NCBI RefSeq assembly: GCF_006345805.1
Contig: NC_043005.1
Location: forward strand, 92,194,001 to 92,258,000
Direction of reading: 5' to 3'
Origin: Octopus sinensis
Lineage: Eukaryota
Length of the DNA stretch: 64,000 nt
Shown here: in pieces, positions 11,222 through 26,200 of the stretch
Position numbering within the stretch: position 1 is the first letter of the stretch
How the letters are laid out: each line of letters opens with the position of its first letter
Position numbers and translations under genes: made by a program
Notes under the pieces: generated by a model
What the model saw: the letters and a program-made list of their open reading frames with translations, nothing else
Database searches by the model: none
What the model was told of the DNA's origin: nothing

Positions 11222-14200
11222 CGTATGTTGTGAAGTTGCAGCTTCATTACATGTTAGAAAAGAATCAGAATAAGAACAAAAGGTGGTGGTTGGAAAAAAA
11301 AGAAGTGGTAGAATGGAGGAATAAGGATTTAAAATTTGGGAAGAGATCCCTCGTGAACACTCTGATACAGTGTCCCCTACATCTATCCTCCATCTAAATT
11401 ATATAAGACTGCCAAAATCCTTACATTTCAGTTCACTTGAAACTTTAGTAGTGGCAACACGTTGAATAAAGCTGCATGGATACATTTAACCTGGATGAAA
11501 TCTTTATGCAACTGAACCAAAAGGATGCAAATAGAAACAATATCCTAGGATATCTATACAGCAGAAACATATGTCAGAGAGAGGCTTAAAGAGAATATAC
11601 TTCATAAAAGACTGTAATGAAAAAAAAACGTATAGTTGTACAATTCTCCATTTTTATCTGAATGTCTCGTGTTATCTGAAGTGTACAGTATCATATATCC
11701 ATTATGGTTGATCTTACCAAATGATTCAACGGAGTGTTAGGTAACAATTTGATTATGTAACCCAGCACTCATCAGCGGTAGCCGAACTTCAGTGGGTTGG
11801 CGGCATTGGAAAAATGGTTTGCAATATTTTTTCCAAATCTTTACATTCTGAGTTCAGAATGTAAAGTTACTACTGAGGTTAACTCCTCATGATCATCATC
11901 GCTTAACGTCCTCTTTCCATGCTGGTATGGGTTAGACAGTTTGACAGGAGTCAACACCAGACTTCTATGTTTGTTTTGGCAGGATTTTCACAGCTGGATG
12001 CCCTTCCTAACACCAACCACTAAGCAGAGTGAATGGAGATAGAGAGCAAAAGAGAGAAAATGAGGACAGAAACAGGTATGCTACTGTAAAGGAGAGACAT
12101 AGTTATCAAACTTGAGAGAAGAGTAGGAGGAGAGAGAGAGAGAGAGGGTACCAAGGGGGATAATTACACTATGCATAGTTTAATTTAAATTATCCTCTAT
12201 TATTATCTTCAATTTACTTATGTTGGCAGATACATATAATTTGCTATATAATTCTAGTAATATTTAATTCATTTATTTATTTAAATTATCTATTTATATA
12301 ATCTATTCAAGTGCTGTAGAAATAAAAGTGTGTGGACTTACTTAAATTAGAATGTTTGAAGGTCTGGTAGTGTTGAGATATTCTGTTTTTATAATTAAAT
12401 TTGTCATCTCTTCTGTGAAGTTCAACATCTAAAGACCAGCCTTTGCTACTTCATCCCATGTTTTACTGGGTCTCCCTCTCTAAAACAACCAGACTCAGTC
12501 ACAGGATCTTTTACTTTGTCTTGCAACTAATGGTTAGTACCACAACAAAAAGCACCAGGTACATTCAGTAAAGCAGTTAATATTAGGAAGGATGGCCAGC
12601 CATAGAAACCATGCCAAAAGGGACTTTGGTGCTTGGCAGTTCTCTGGTTCATTGGATCCTGTCAAACCATCCAAATATTGGCACTTCTTTATACAGACAT
12701 TGTAGAGCATTTAACTCTTCAATTATTGTGCAGACCTTACTGCTATAGAACTGGAGTGTTTTGATGCATGCTTTAAAAAAATGACATTTTAATTCTATCA
12801 CTGACCGAACAATTCTAAATACGGTAAAGTTTACATGCAACTCCCAATGTTAAATAGCACTTTGATCTAAAAGCATTTCAGCTGACAGTCATTTCATTTC
12901 AAAAATAACAAAAATCTATATCATTGGCAAATTGAGTTCTTGAGACAGTATATATATAATTGTGGGTTTCAGGTTTTTAATACATTGGCTTTTACACACT
13001 CTTTTGAAGATGTAGCATCATATACACTTATATCTTTTCTCTTTCTTCCTTTCTTTTTTTAATTCTATAGCACTGGAAATTGTACCAAGCGATTACCTAC
13101 CTTATGTTAGTCTATATAGTCAAGTGATGTTTACTGTTGGAGAATTAGTTGTAGTAGGCATTGCTTACTGTACTCGGGAGTGGCGCCTTCTTAGTCTTGT
13201 GCTTGCCATCATCTATTTCATCTTTTTGTTCTTTATGTTGTAAGTAAACTTTCTTTCTCACCAACGTCCCAGTTACAATTTAATTTAATTTCACACATCA
13301 CAATAACATTCTCTCTTCTGGTTAGTTATCACAGACAAAAGAAAAAGGGTGAGGAGAAACGGAATTACAATTTCATTACATTCAAAGTTTATGAAACTTG
13401 GTACCAGACCATATACTAGGAAGTATGAGACAAAGAAGGAACTAATTCTACTAAATTCTACACAATGTAGCATCTAAATAATTTATAGTAATTATTTACA
13501 GAAAGGGGGATTTGGTATTAGTGTTTCTAGGGAATACACTAGAGTATTCTAGAATATTCAGCGGGAATACACCAGGAACAGTTTGGATTTGTTTGTGTTG
13601 TATAACAAGTAATGACATCCATTAATTATGCCTGAAGGCTTTCTTTTAATAGCATTTAATAGCAGTTATATCAGAATATGAAGAACACATTGTGAGTAAC
13701 ACTAATGTATCATTGAAGACTGGGTCATCAGATGATGCCAATTATAACAGATCTATAGACAAACAATAATAACAGTTCTCTGAATGTGTATGTGTAGAGT
13801 AGCACAGAAGTGTTTCTTGAAGACTGGATCTTGACATTATCTCAATTATAACACATTTATTGACTAACAATAAAGTCAGTCCTTACATTAGTTTGTGTTG
13901 AGTGGTAGAATCAGTAGAGCAGCCATGGTTGAGCAGTTAAGAAGTTCAATTTATAATCGTGTGGTCCTGAATTTGATTACACTGTACAGTAACTTGAGCC
14001 AATGCCTTCTACTGTAATCTCAGGCTGAGCCAAATGCTGTGAATGAAATTAGGTAGACAGACATTGGGTAGGAACTTGTGGAGTGGACAGTCCATTTTCT
14101 TGGGTAGTAGACTAAAAATGTCTCCTGGATTAACACCACCACAACATTATTAGATATCTTTTGTGGAGTTTACTCTTTTACAAACGCTTGACACAGGTCA

Positions 14201-17200
14201 CCATACTGAGAATGACCCATTCTGAGGTTTCTTCTTCTCTTTCCCCTACCAGCTTCAGAAGTTGAGGAAAAGTCCATTGACACTGCTCTACCTCCCTTAT
14301 GCTATAAAAAGAAAAAAAACTTACAAAAAAAAAACAATCCAATCAAAAACAGAAAAATAGTTGACCTTTCAATTGAAAAACACAAAAATAGTCAAATTCA
14401 CATTCTTCACAAAGTACTACTAAGGAAAGAAATCAAATAGATATATTTTCTACTTATAAATAGACATATGGATACACAGTCAATACATATCCTTCATAAT
14501 AAATAATTACAGTCGATATACTATAATTATATAGGTGTAATATTATTGTTATAATTACATAACAATCAAAATATGCTCATTCATATATCCTATAGATCAC
14601 AAATAGATATACAAATAAGCTCAATGTATAATTCCAAATGTAAATACATCTAAACATACAGAAAATAATTCTGAAAATAACTAAAATTGATAAAAAATCA
14701 ACAGGGAAGTCTAGAAAGATATACAAATAAACAACACTGCATAGCAAGATCCAGGAAGGTGGTAATCCAAGTAGAGATACACTGGTAATCTGGGTAAAGT
14801 TCAGGGGTAAGGTGGACTTTGGGAGGCTGAAATAGTCCAAAAAGGGAGGAGCAGGTCAAAGAGAGGAAGAAGGTCAGTCTAGGCAGGATCATACTGGGGT
14901 GACCACAGAAGCATATATTATATATGGTGCAAAAATAAAAAAACACAAAAATGAGGTAAAAAAAGCAAACAACTGAAGTGTGTTAGGTTTATACTCAAGA
15001 AGATTTGAAGGAGAAGTCCTTTACATTTCAAGCATACACTCCTCTGCAGAAAGAATAAACATTTGTTCCTTTCTCTCCTCATCTATTTTTTCTGTGGAAG
15101 AGCATATGCTCAAAATGTAAAGGACATATCTTTCTATTTTTCTTGAGCATAAACCTAATGCACTCTGTTTTTTGTTTTACCTCGTTTTGTTTATCATTTT
15201 TGCACCACTTAGAAAGAGATATCCTTCTTTGACAAACTGTAAAGAACCATAAGGAGAATTTTTAAGCATGTGAACATATGGTGGTGCTCCAGCATGACTG
15301 CAGCTGCATGGCTGAAATGAGTAAAAGAATAAAATTCACAGATTTGGGGTATGTTATTAATCAGCTGTATTATTTGACTTGTACTTATTTTATCGATCTT
15401 GGAAAAATAAAAGGCAAGTTTGTTCCTGACAAGATCTAATCTCAAAACTTAAAGTAACATTACTAAATACAAATTTGCATATTGTCAGCCTATTTACCAA
15501 TTCTTTCAATCCATTGTCCTTCAACAATAATAATCCTAATATTCTTGTCCATAGTAAATATAATCTATTTTGGACAATGGCACGAATAATTTCTCACATG
15601 CCATAACACACAGCAAGAAAGAATAAATATTTCTTTATTGCCCACAGGGGGCTAAACACAGAGGGGACAAACAAGGACAGACAAAGAGATTAAGTCAATT
15701 ACATCGACCCCAGTGCGAAACTGGTACTTATTTTATCAACCCCGAAAGGGTGAAAGGCAAAGTCGACCTCGGCGGAATTTGAACTCAGAACGTAACGACA
15801 CGAAATACCGCTAAGCATTTCACCCGGCATGCTAACGTTTCTGCCAGCTCGCCGCCTTTCAAGAAAGAATATAGATGTCCTTATAATGTGGATCCTCACC
15901 CACTTGTATGTTATTGTCAGCACAATTAGGTTGTGGTGGCATTCCGTATCTTACTATCTTTGACTCATCTATCGTGCTATCACTGATAGATCTGCAAGAC
16001 AACGATTTTGAAACGTCTACCTTGCTGGTAACTCAAACTTGTATATATCACATAACTGACACTGACTCCAACTGAGAACTCGTACAATGACTCTACTACT
16101 ACTGACTGTCTGACTTTATAGTAGCTCTTTCATATCACTTTGTCAGGTTTTTTTGGGGTGGGGAACAAGTAATTTTTATCTTACTTTATTCATCCCTCCT
16201 CTCTTTTTAGCGTTCTAACTTCATATTTTTTCTTCTTGGTGTCTATTTGTAAGAACTCTGTGTTCTTCCTGTTTCTTCCACTTGTAATGCTGTTAGTACC
16301 TGGAATGTGTCATACAGCCATTCCATACATTCCTCCGATCTGTCTGCTTAATTTTCTATGAATCTCTTCTTCAATTGGTTTCTGTGTCTTTTTTCAATAC
16401 TTTTTCTGCTTTTAATTCTGTACATCATTTTTCCTATGTACTTTGTCATTTTCCCCTCTTCCGTGTATTGTTTTCTGTTCTTATTCCTCATGGACACCTA
16501 ATCACTAACTTTTAAAAATTTTGGATTGTCTTTCCTGGTACTTTGCCTTTCCTAACAGTTTATCAAAAACTGATTTCACCTTCCTCACAAACATCAGTTC
16601 AGCTGGTGAGCTTCCTCCTGGTGTACTGTAGTTCAGTGTCACCCTGTATACCCTTAGAAATTCCTGCAGAGTGACTTCGTCTGTGGCTTCTTTGTTTGCT
16701 TTTCTCAGAGCTCTTTTAAAACTGTCGACAAAACACTCTGCCTGTCCACTTGATGTAGGATAGTAAGTCACTATCGTTTTATGTTCTTTCGTGAACAGTT
16801 TGCAGAATTTTCTAAATTCACTGGACACAAATTATCAGATACAATCATGTCTGGAATGCCAAATCTTGTGAATAATTCATTCAAAAAAATATATTTAACG
16901 TTGCGGAGGTTGGTCTTTTGCATTTAACAATTTCTGGTCATTTTGTGAAACTGTCAACTACTTCTATGCAGTAATAATCATTTAATGGACCTGCAAAATC
17001 GACGTGTTGTTTTGTCCATGGACTTTTTACTTCTGGCCAAGGCTCCCATTTTTGAGTAGGCAATTTCACTGCCAGAATATATCCTCTGCAACCTTTTACT
17101 GCGTTTTCAACTTCCTTGTCCATCTTCAGCCAATACACATAACTGCACATAAGCACTTTCATCCTTGCAATCCCTGGATGTCCAATAAGGAATTCTTTCA

Positions 17201-20200
17201 ACATTCTTTTTAGTAGAGTCTCAGGTATCATTACCCTTCCACCAAACATCAGTATGCCATCGCATGTTGAATATCTGTTTACCTCTTGTTGTTTTTTCTT
17301 ACTGAACCTTTATTTGTTTTCTTTCGCTGACCACAGATTTTTTTATTTTCATTAATGAACTTGTCTTTTGACACATGTTGCTTTATCTCCTCCAGAGTTT
17401 TTGGTAACTCTCGTACAATGTTCCACATTATGTGTTTAATTTCTCCTTCAGTTCTTAGGGTTGCTTTTATTGTGTCTTCAAATGGTCCACCATTTCTGGG
17501 TATTAATCCTAGCTTTATCAAAGGTAAATATTCCACTGCATAGTTGTAGTTTAGTAGTATGGTGCCCCATCGCTGCAACCTGTTTGCTGTATGTACTGGG
17601 ATTCCTTTCTTGAATCCATAAATCATTAGCAACGGGCAATGGTCTGTTTATAGTCTAATTTGTCTAGCATATATAAACCTGTGGAACTTTTTATGCCAAA
17701 TATAACTGCCAATACCCCTTTTTCAATTTGGCAATAATTTTTCTTTCCCCTGGCAATAGTGTCCTTGATGTGTGAGCTAAGGCCTTTATGCTGCCATCTT
17801 CACATTTGTGTAGGAGTATAGCACCTACCCTGTAATCACTAACATCTGTTTCCAGTATCATTTCCAACTTCGGATCGAAGTCTGGTGTTAACATACTTTT
17901 TAGTTCCTCAAATGCCTTCTGGCATTTTTATGACCAAAACCATTTTGCATCCTTTTTTCACAGCTCGTTTAGTAAGGCCCTTGTGTGGTGTGTGTTCAGG
18001 ATATATACTTGAAAGTAGTTTACCAAGCCTAAGAATGCTTGTAGAAATTTGACGTTCATTGAGGGAGGCATATTCTGTATTGCCGTTGCCCTTGATGGGT
18101 TGGGTCTTCATCCCATTTCGTCAATTACTTGACCCAAATATTTGATTTCTTTTCATCAAACATTCACACTTTTCCTCTGTTAGTCTTAACTCGTATTCAT
18201 TAATTTTCCTGAATACTTCTTAATATGTTCAAAGTGTTGCTCCGTTGATTTGATCTTTATCAAAATATCATCAAGATAAGCAATAGTGAAGTCCCAATCA
18301 TTTAATGTTGTGTCCATCACTTGCTGGAATATGGCAGGTGCCACTTTTACTCCAAAAGTACATACCATATTTAAGACACTGTGGTTAGTTCCTCTAAAGA
18401 TTTCTACTACTGTGACATGAAGAGAACATTAATAATTCATTATGTGTAATGTTTCATGATGATGCTGATGATGATAATGATGATGATGGTCATCATCGTC
18501 ATCTACTCATACTCTTCACATTGAGTAAACAGCAACAGTTGTAGCCACATCATATACTTTCATAACTATTTTATATAAATTGATTCTTTGTGCCAAAGTG
18601 TAATTTTCTTGAAGCAGGAGTAAATTAGATAATAAGTTTCCCGTTTGCCTCTTGAATCGTTTTTTTTACTTTCTCTCTTTCTCTTTTTGTTTTCAAGTGT
18701 TATTGATGAATCTCCTCGTTGGCTAATTTCAAAAGGGAAACTTGACAAAGCTGAAGCCATTCTTAGAAAAATAGCCAAGAGAAATGGAAAGGAGTTTTAT
18801 ACCATGCTTACAGAAAGAACATGTAATAATGAAACAGTTCCAGTGAATGGCAGTTTTGGAGATATATTTAAATCAAGAATTCTCTTATATCGAGCATTCA
18901 ACATGTTTTTCAACTGGTAAGTATCTAAGACTGTGGTTTCTCAATCTTTTTGAATTTTTAATATATTAAAACTGAACTGTATAATTACAAGCATATTTCA
19001 AATTATATTTTTTTTAATTGTTTAAAATTTTTTTTTAATTTATCTTTTAAGAATTTTGAATCAGCATGATGAAATTGATCTCATTATATTCTGGAAGAGT
19101 CACATTACAAAGGCAGATAAACACACTAGTTGTTATTCCCTTCTTGCTTTCAGAAATTTTATCACATTTCCAGCAATCTCCTTGAGAGGCTTAAATTCAC
19201 CAATTGTTAGAAAATTTAAACCCATCAAAAACACAGGAAGTGTTACTAAAATTTCTGGGAATATAACTATAAACAAGAAGGCATTAATAAGACTCTGAAT
19301 ATATATGATTTGTATAGAACAGAATTATAAGTAACAAGTGTTTCAAGACTCTCAAAAATTATAGATTTTTAGTTTTTAAACTCCAGGTGTACTTTGATAC
19401 TCCTTGTGACACACTATGGCACTGTGACACATAAGAGCATCATGTCACACTGTTTGAGAACCTCTGATTTCATGGAATATTTTGTTCTTTGTCACAACTT
19501 GCAGAAAATGATTAAAAGGTTTAGTTGAAGTCTTTTGAATTTTTTTTTTTTATACAAAGCAAAGAACTTGTGAAAAACTGGTTCCTTGTGTGATGTTTAG
19601 GTTAAAGTCAGTTCTGATGGGGCAGATCTATAATCAAAATTGCTCCATCTGTAAAATTCTTGAGTATTTTTATTACACAAAGTATATCTAGAACTACATT
19701 ATCAGATGTGTCTTTAATTTAATATAGAAAACAGTAGGATGTGTTCTGAGGTAGATTAGGCTTGTATTTCTAGCTGGTTGAGCAACTCTGTGGAGGTTTC
19801 CTCATTGGTTCATATATGCTTCAGTTGCTAGAATTAGTTTCAGTATTTTGTTGTTATTTATAGAGCTGATTGATTGATTCAAATTCAACTCGATGTGGAA
19901 ATGAAACTTTCAATGTAGAGAGTCATAATTAAATACTGTTTGGTACTTTAGCTGATGCTCCATTGTTTTGGTACCTACATTATTATTTTGGGACAGTATA
20001 GCAATACCAACAATGTTTATTCCTAAAGTTGGCAGAAAGCCATAAATCTTGCGAAAGCAAAACCCAGTTATATGGATCCTATTATTTGACTGGTCCTTTA
20101 TTTTATTGACTTCAGAAAGATTAAAATAAAGTTAACTTTAATAGGATCCTAGTTCCCAATGTAAAGAATTGTAATTAAATACTACAAAATATTTTGTCCA

Positions 20201-23200
20201 ACAACCTACCAAATAAAAGTTTCTTATTAGGCATTCCTGTCTAATTGTGTAGACCAAAGTGTTCTTGAATTGTCCCTGATATATTACTGGGACTTCTTTT
20301 GTTGATGCCAAATATTTAGAATTTTGTGATGCGTTACAATTTTGGTAGGATTCATATGACAATTTTGAATTCCATTTCAGTTTTGGTGTTAATCATATCA
20401 TATGATTGAGACCCATTCTAGTTTCACTCTAACACATCACCACATTTCAATTGTGAGACAGTTACTTTATCACTCTATTATCATTGCTATTGCTGTTTAA
20501 CACTAGGTCAGCCTCAATCAATCAGCTCTATGACAGAAATCATTCCAGTCACCCTGTTTATTTATATAGGCAGTGAACTACATTATCCAATAAGTCTTTT
20601 AATTACAAAAATTGTAGGAAATAATCTAATAGAGATTTGACTGCTATTTCTTGCAGGGCAAGTTACTATATGATTAACCATTCCCCTGTGACACTTTATT
20701 TGTTTCTACCAAATCCATTCCCATAGAAATGAGGCAGGGGAAGACGAGAACCATGTATAATTCATATTATAGAACTTATCACATCAGGCAAACGTTCACA
20801 GCCAAAATGTTGATATCCTAACTACTTGAGCATGAAGACCCTTGGGAACAATGATGAAAGCAGCAGTGGTGATGATGAAGAAGATGATGCTTGTTAATGA
20901 CACTTCAAACAAGCTTATATATCTGAACTGTTTCATCATCATCATCATTATCTGTTTTCCATGCTGGCATGGGTCGGAGAGTTTGACTGGAACTGGTAAG
21001 CTGGAGAGCTGCACCAGGCTCCAGTCTGTTTTGGAATGGTTTCTATGTTTGGATGCCCGTCTTAATGCCAACTGCTCTACAGAGTGTACTGGGTACCTTT
21101 TACATGTCACTGGCATAGGTGCCTTTAATGTGTCACCAACATGGGTGGCTTTAACATGTCATCAGCACAGGTGCCTCTAATGTGTCACTGGCACTCACCG
21201 CAGCTACGATTCCACTAAGCTTGGCATGTCTTCTCAAGCGAAGCAAATCGCCAACAGTCTTGGTCACTTGTCATCTCTTCCACGAGACTCAGCATCTGAA
21301 GCTCATATTCCATCACCTCATCCCATATCTTCCTGTTTATGTTTATTCCTGCTGGTACTGCTTGCTTTCAGGATAGCTGTGAACATAGTGTATTATGGTT
21401 TAATGTTTGGATCAGCCACTCTGGCAGGAGATTTGTTTGTGAGTACTTCCTTGATGGCAGCTGTTGAACTGGCTGCATATGTAGTACTGATTTTACTTGT
21501 AAGTAAATGTGGCAGAAAAACACTATACAGTACATCAATAATTTTGACTGGAATTTTCTGCACTTCATCAGGATTTGTAAAAATTTGGGCAGCAGGTATG
21601 TATGACAACCTTCTGAAAGCTTTTTCTAAATAGTGCTTGGTATCACATATTGTATGGAAACAGATTTAATAATTAGGATATCAGATGAAGAATTAATGTT
21701 TAGCTTCTTTTTTACAAGCACAGTACAGTAATTCCTCGACTATTGTGGGTGTTACATTCCAACACCTGTGATAGGTGAAAACAGTACTGTACTGTACATT
21801 TTTTAAATCATTTTTATAATTTGTATATATTTATTTTATTATAAATGCAAAACAATACCACAGAGGAATTGATGTAAGCTTAAATAATAAACCACAATAG
21901 GTGAACCACAATATGGCAAGGGATAACTGTACTGGGAAACAAGCAGGAGACACTTTCTAATTGTCTTACAAACCATCACTTGTTTGCTCAGATCCTACAG
22001 TTTACTCTATGTATACATACACGCATGCATGCAGACAGATACACACACACACATGCTCACACACACACGCATGCACACATGCCTCCAGTTTGACGCCTGT
22101 TGTAGAAGGATTCCAACCATCCCCAAGTGACTAAAGGTGGGCTGACTCACTGTAATAAAAGAAAGAGCTGTGAGTGATCAACAGTTCGTGCTGGTAGCAG
22201 TTCACTGTGAGCCTTCGATATAGAGTGTTGGGTCTCATGTAATAGTAATAGTAGTGCATCCTGTATATGCTTTCTTCCCCTTGCTTCCTTGTATTATATA
22301 TCCAATACAAGGATATAAAAGTGGTGATGAGTTGTTCAAAGCATGTACTGAACGTTAAGAATTTTTTTATACAACACCAAAGAAAGTCATTTAACAGGAA
22401 GAACTTATTGGCCTCTGTGATGCAGTTGCAACAGCAACAACAACCAAACCAACGGTTACCGGAATTAATGTTGAAGAAGTCTAAAAATACTTCAGGTTCA
22501 TACTTGCCAGACAGCGTAGCAAACTCAATTGGAGAATTCAAATACAACCCAGAAGAAAATATTACTTTCTCTGCATATTTTTGTTAATACAAAGAAATCT
22601 TCAAAGAAAGGTTGGTCCAATGAGATAAAAATACGACTAGTTTTAAGAAAGTTATCCTCTACCAAATATGAAAAATATGGTAACTATATTCTGCCAAAGA
22701 AGCCAAGTGAGATTTGTTTCGATGAAACAATATTTTATCGAAAATTTTCAGTGAAAGAAGTTCCCTGTTCACTGACAACATTTAAATTCGGTCAACAAAA
22801 AAAAAAGATGATGATTTTGTCACCTATGCTGGAGTGGTTAACAGAGAGTGTGAGAAATTCTAACTGAATGAGTTAACCCAGACATGTTCAAGTCTTTAAT
22901 TTTTGCTCAAGGGCTTACTGCAAGCAAAGATGCAAATATATGTTCCCAAATATTAACAAAATTAGAACAGAACCAAAATTTAACTCTGCAGGCAGTAGCA
23001 GAGGAATGTCAGAGGATTATTAATCTATGACATGCTGCAAATAAAACTGAAGAGAAAGATTGTTCCCAGATTCAAGCTTATCAATCGGTATCAGATAAGA
23101 AAAAATGTCAAGATTAAATCCATCTTATGGGTGCAGTAGTCATCATTTAACTGTCAGTTTAAAAATATAAAATGCTACAAATGTGGTAAAATAGGCCATA

Positions 23201-26200
23201 ATAAGTCACACTGTAGGATAGAACCTAAAAAATGGTTCAACAGAAAAAATTGTATAAATAGATTATCAGTGACAATAAATACAAATGTCCCTCAAAGAAA
23301 ATTTGTGTGTGTAAAAATTAATAACACAAACGTAAAGTTACAATTGGATTCAGGCAGCAACATCTTCCAGCCTTTCTGTACTTCTTTTCATTTTGGCACT
23401 AAATCCATTATTGTTCCTACTGCAGAAAACAAATGGTTACATGCTACGATCTTCAACTGCTAGAAATATCAATGTAACTCATAATTTCTTTGTAGACGAC
23501 CTGAAGATTTATGCTAAAAGTGTTAGCAATTCCAAAAAACAACTGGAATTAATAACAACATTTTCAGCTGATATAGGCATGGAATTTGGCCAAAAGAAAT
23601 GTTCATATTTAGTTATAGAATGAGGAAAGTCAGTCCCTTAAACCCAAAACCTATGCATCAAAGGTCACTCTATCTCCCCATTTCACATAAAGAATGTTAA
23701 AAGTACCTAGACTTGATGAAAATGTATCATATGAAGGCACTGTGAATAAAGATAGAGTGACCCAAAAATATTACACCAGACGTAGGAAAATATGGCAGTC
23801 GGAACTCTCCTCTTACAACAAAACAATATCCCATAATGCATTTCCAGTACCAACATTTGGGAAACTTGATTGGTCTGTAGAGGAAATCCACTCCATAGAT
23901 ATCAAAACCTGCAAAACCCTGACAACAACTGGGAGCTTCCACAGAAACAGCAAGGCTCTATCTAAGAAGAAATGAAGGTGGTAGAGGCCTGTGTTAGCTA
24001 CATCCCAAAGATGGATCCTTGTATCTTAGTGGGAAATCCAAGCCCTCCTCAGTGGAAGATTTAGAACAATTAAAAAATAGAAGTGACATACATATGAAAA
24101 GAAAATATAGATGGATGGATGTGTATTTTTTACAATTTTTTACCTCTGCAGAATGTTTTAATAAAAGCATATTTTATCAATTAAACCTTATAATGACCAT
24201 CATCTTTTATTTCAGATATAGGTTGGCTTTCAACTCTTCTTTTATTGGTTGGAAAATTTGCAGTTTCAGCAGCATTTGCCATCATTTACAATTACACAAC
24301 AGAGCTCTTTCCCACAGTCATACGTAACACTATACTTGGTTTGAGTTCTTGCTTTGGAAGAATTGGTAGCATGGCAGCCCCTTACGTTCTTGTTGCTGTA
24401 AGATAAATTTTTTTACTGTTGAGTTATGAAATATATTAATTACATAATTACAATATTAATTATATAATTGCAATAATAATTATAATAATATAATTATACA
24501 TTTTTATCAGTGAGCTATCGATACCTTCTCTAAATTTCTCCAACGTTTTTAGTTTCATTATTTTAATGAGGTAAGCTGTCAGAATTGTTGGCACACCTCA
24601 TAAAATGCTTAGTAGCATTTCTTCCAGTCTTTCATGCTTTTGGGGGTCAATAAAACAAGTACCAGTCATGCAATGGGGTTGATGTAATCAACCTGCCCCT
24701 TTCCTAAAATTGCTGGCCTTCTACCAACATTTGAAACCATGATTTAGTGAGAGGTAATTTTGCAGAATTGATAGATAGTTGGATAAAATGCCTTTTGTTA
24801 TTTAATTATGATCCTTTATGCTATGAGTTGAACACTTATCAAGTTCAGTTTTGCTTTTCATCCCTCTAAGGTCATTAAAATAAAATAGCAGACAAGTACA
24901 GGGATTGATTGAATCAACTTAACTCTCCCCCTATATGTGTCAATGTTAAAAATCATTATTTTGACGAGATTCTAAAAATATTGTTACATTGGTTTTTTCC
25001 AAAACTATGATGGAAATAAGACTCTGAATGATAAGAAATTGTGTTAATGGATGAATAACCATTTTGTATGTCAACTCTTTTACTTTGAATGGAAAATGTA
25101 AAGTATTTTTCTTCTAAGAATATAATATGATTTGATTCAAGATGCAAAAACAGGGTTTCAATTCTTGATCTTTCAACAGTCAGTTTATTGACTTCAGTAA
25201 CCTAGTTCATGTCTTCACCAACTTGTTTTAATACACTGAAATCTAAATAGAAGCATCATAACCAGAAAGACAAATGGAGCATGGCTGGGTATAAACTTAG
25301 AATTATAATAAATGTCTCGATGAATTTCTTGTGTAGTCTTCTGTGAGTAATATCAGGAAATCTATGAATTTTGATGGATATTCAAATACTGACCAGGTAT
25401 CAGCAAGGAATGATTAAAGAGGAGATTCTTTGAAGAATGATTTTACTCATTCCTTGAACAACTGAAATTCAGAATACTAATAAAAATCTGTCCATTATGC
25501 ATTGATTGAATTAACTGGATTGATAAATACTAATTGATATCTTTCAAAAATTAATTAGTGTAGTTATGAACTTTTTGATCAATTAATTAAACAGAATTTA
25601 ATTTAAATTTACAAACATAAATTGATTTTGAGTATTAAATTAAGAGCGAATGAGATTATAGGTTTAAAGAATGCATGAATGTAAAATACAGTGGATATAA
25701 ACGAAAAACAGCCACGAGCAAGCATTTCATGAAGCATTTGTGTTTTTCATCTAATTACAGGGAACAGAAATGAAATCTAAATTTGGCATTGGTTTACCTG
25801 TTATTCTCTTTGGAATTTTTGCTATAGTGGCTGGTGTATTATCTACATTTCTTCCTGAGACTAAAGGGTATAATTTACCAGACACATTTGAAGAGGGAGA
25901 AAATATAGGAAAGTAAGTTTTGTTGTTTTTCTCTTCTGTAAGAGATAAAATCCATATTATAAATCATCATCATTACCATCATTATTTAATGTCAGTTATC
26001 CATGCTGGCATGGGTTGGAGGTTTTGACAGGACCTGGCAAGCCATAGAACTGCACTAGGCTCTATTGTTTCTACAGATGCATGCCTTTCCTAAAGCCAAC
26101 CACTTCACAGAGTGTACTGGGTGCTTTTTCTGTAACACCAGAGAGGTCAACAAATAACTTGCAAAACAAAGATCCCTGACTAGGAGGGGGAGTAATATTG

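Noticed and set aside
13700-13870. Imperfect tandem duplication of about 104 bp (TTGAAGACTGG..CAATTATAACA)
   Set aside because: Two highly diverged units with no further structure; ordinary local duplication
21226-21371. N-terminal extension of ORF 21226-21633 as SLC22 coding sequence
   Set aside because: It is largely antisense LINE sequence upstream of a good acceptor at 21371, and the paralog exon is also 224 nt
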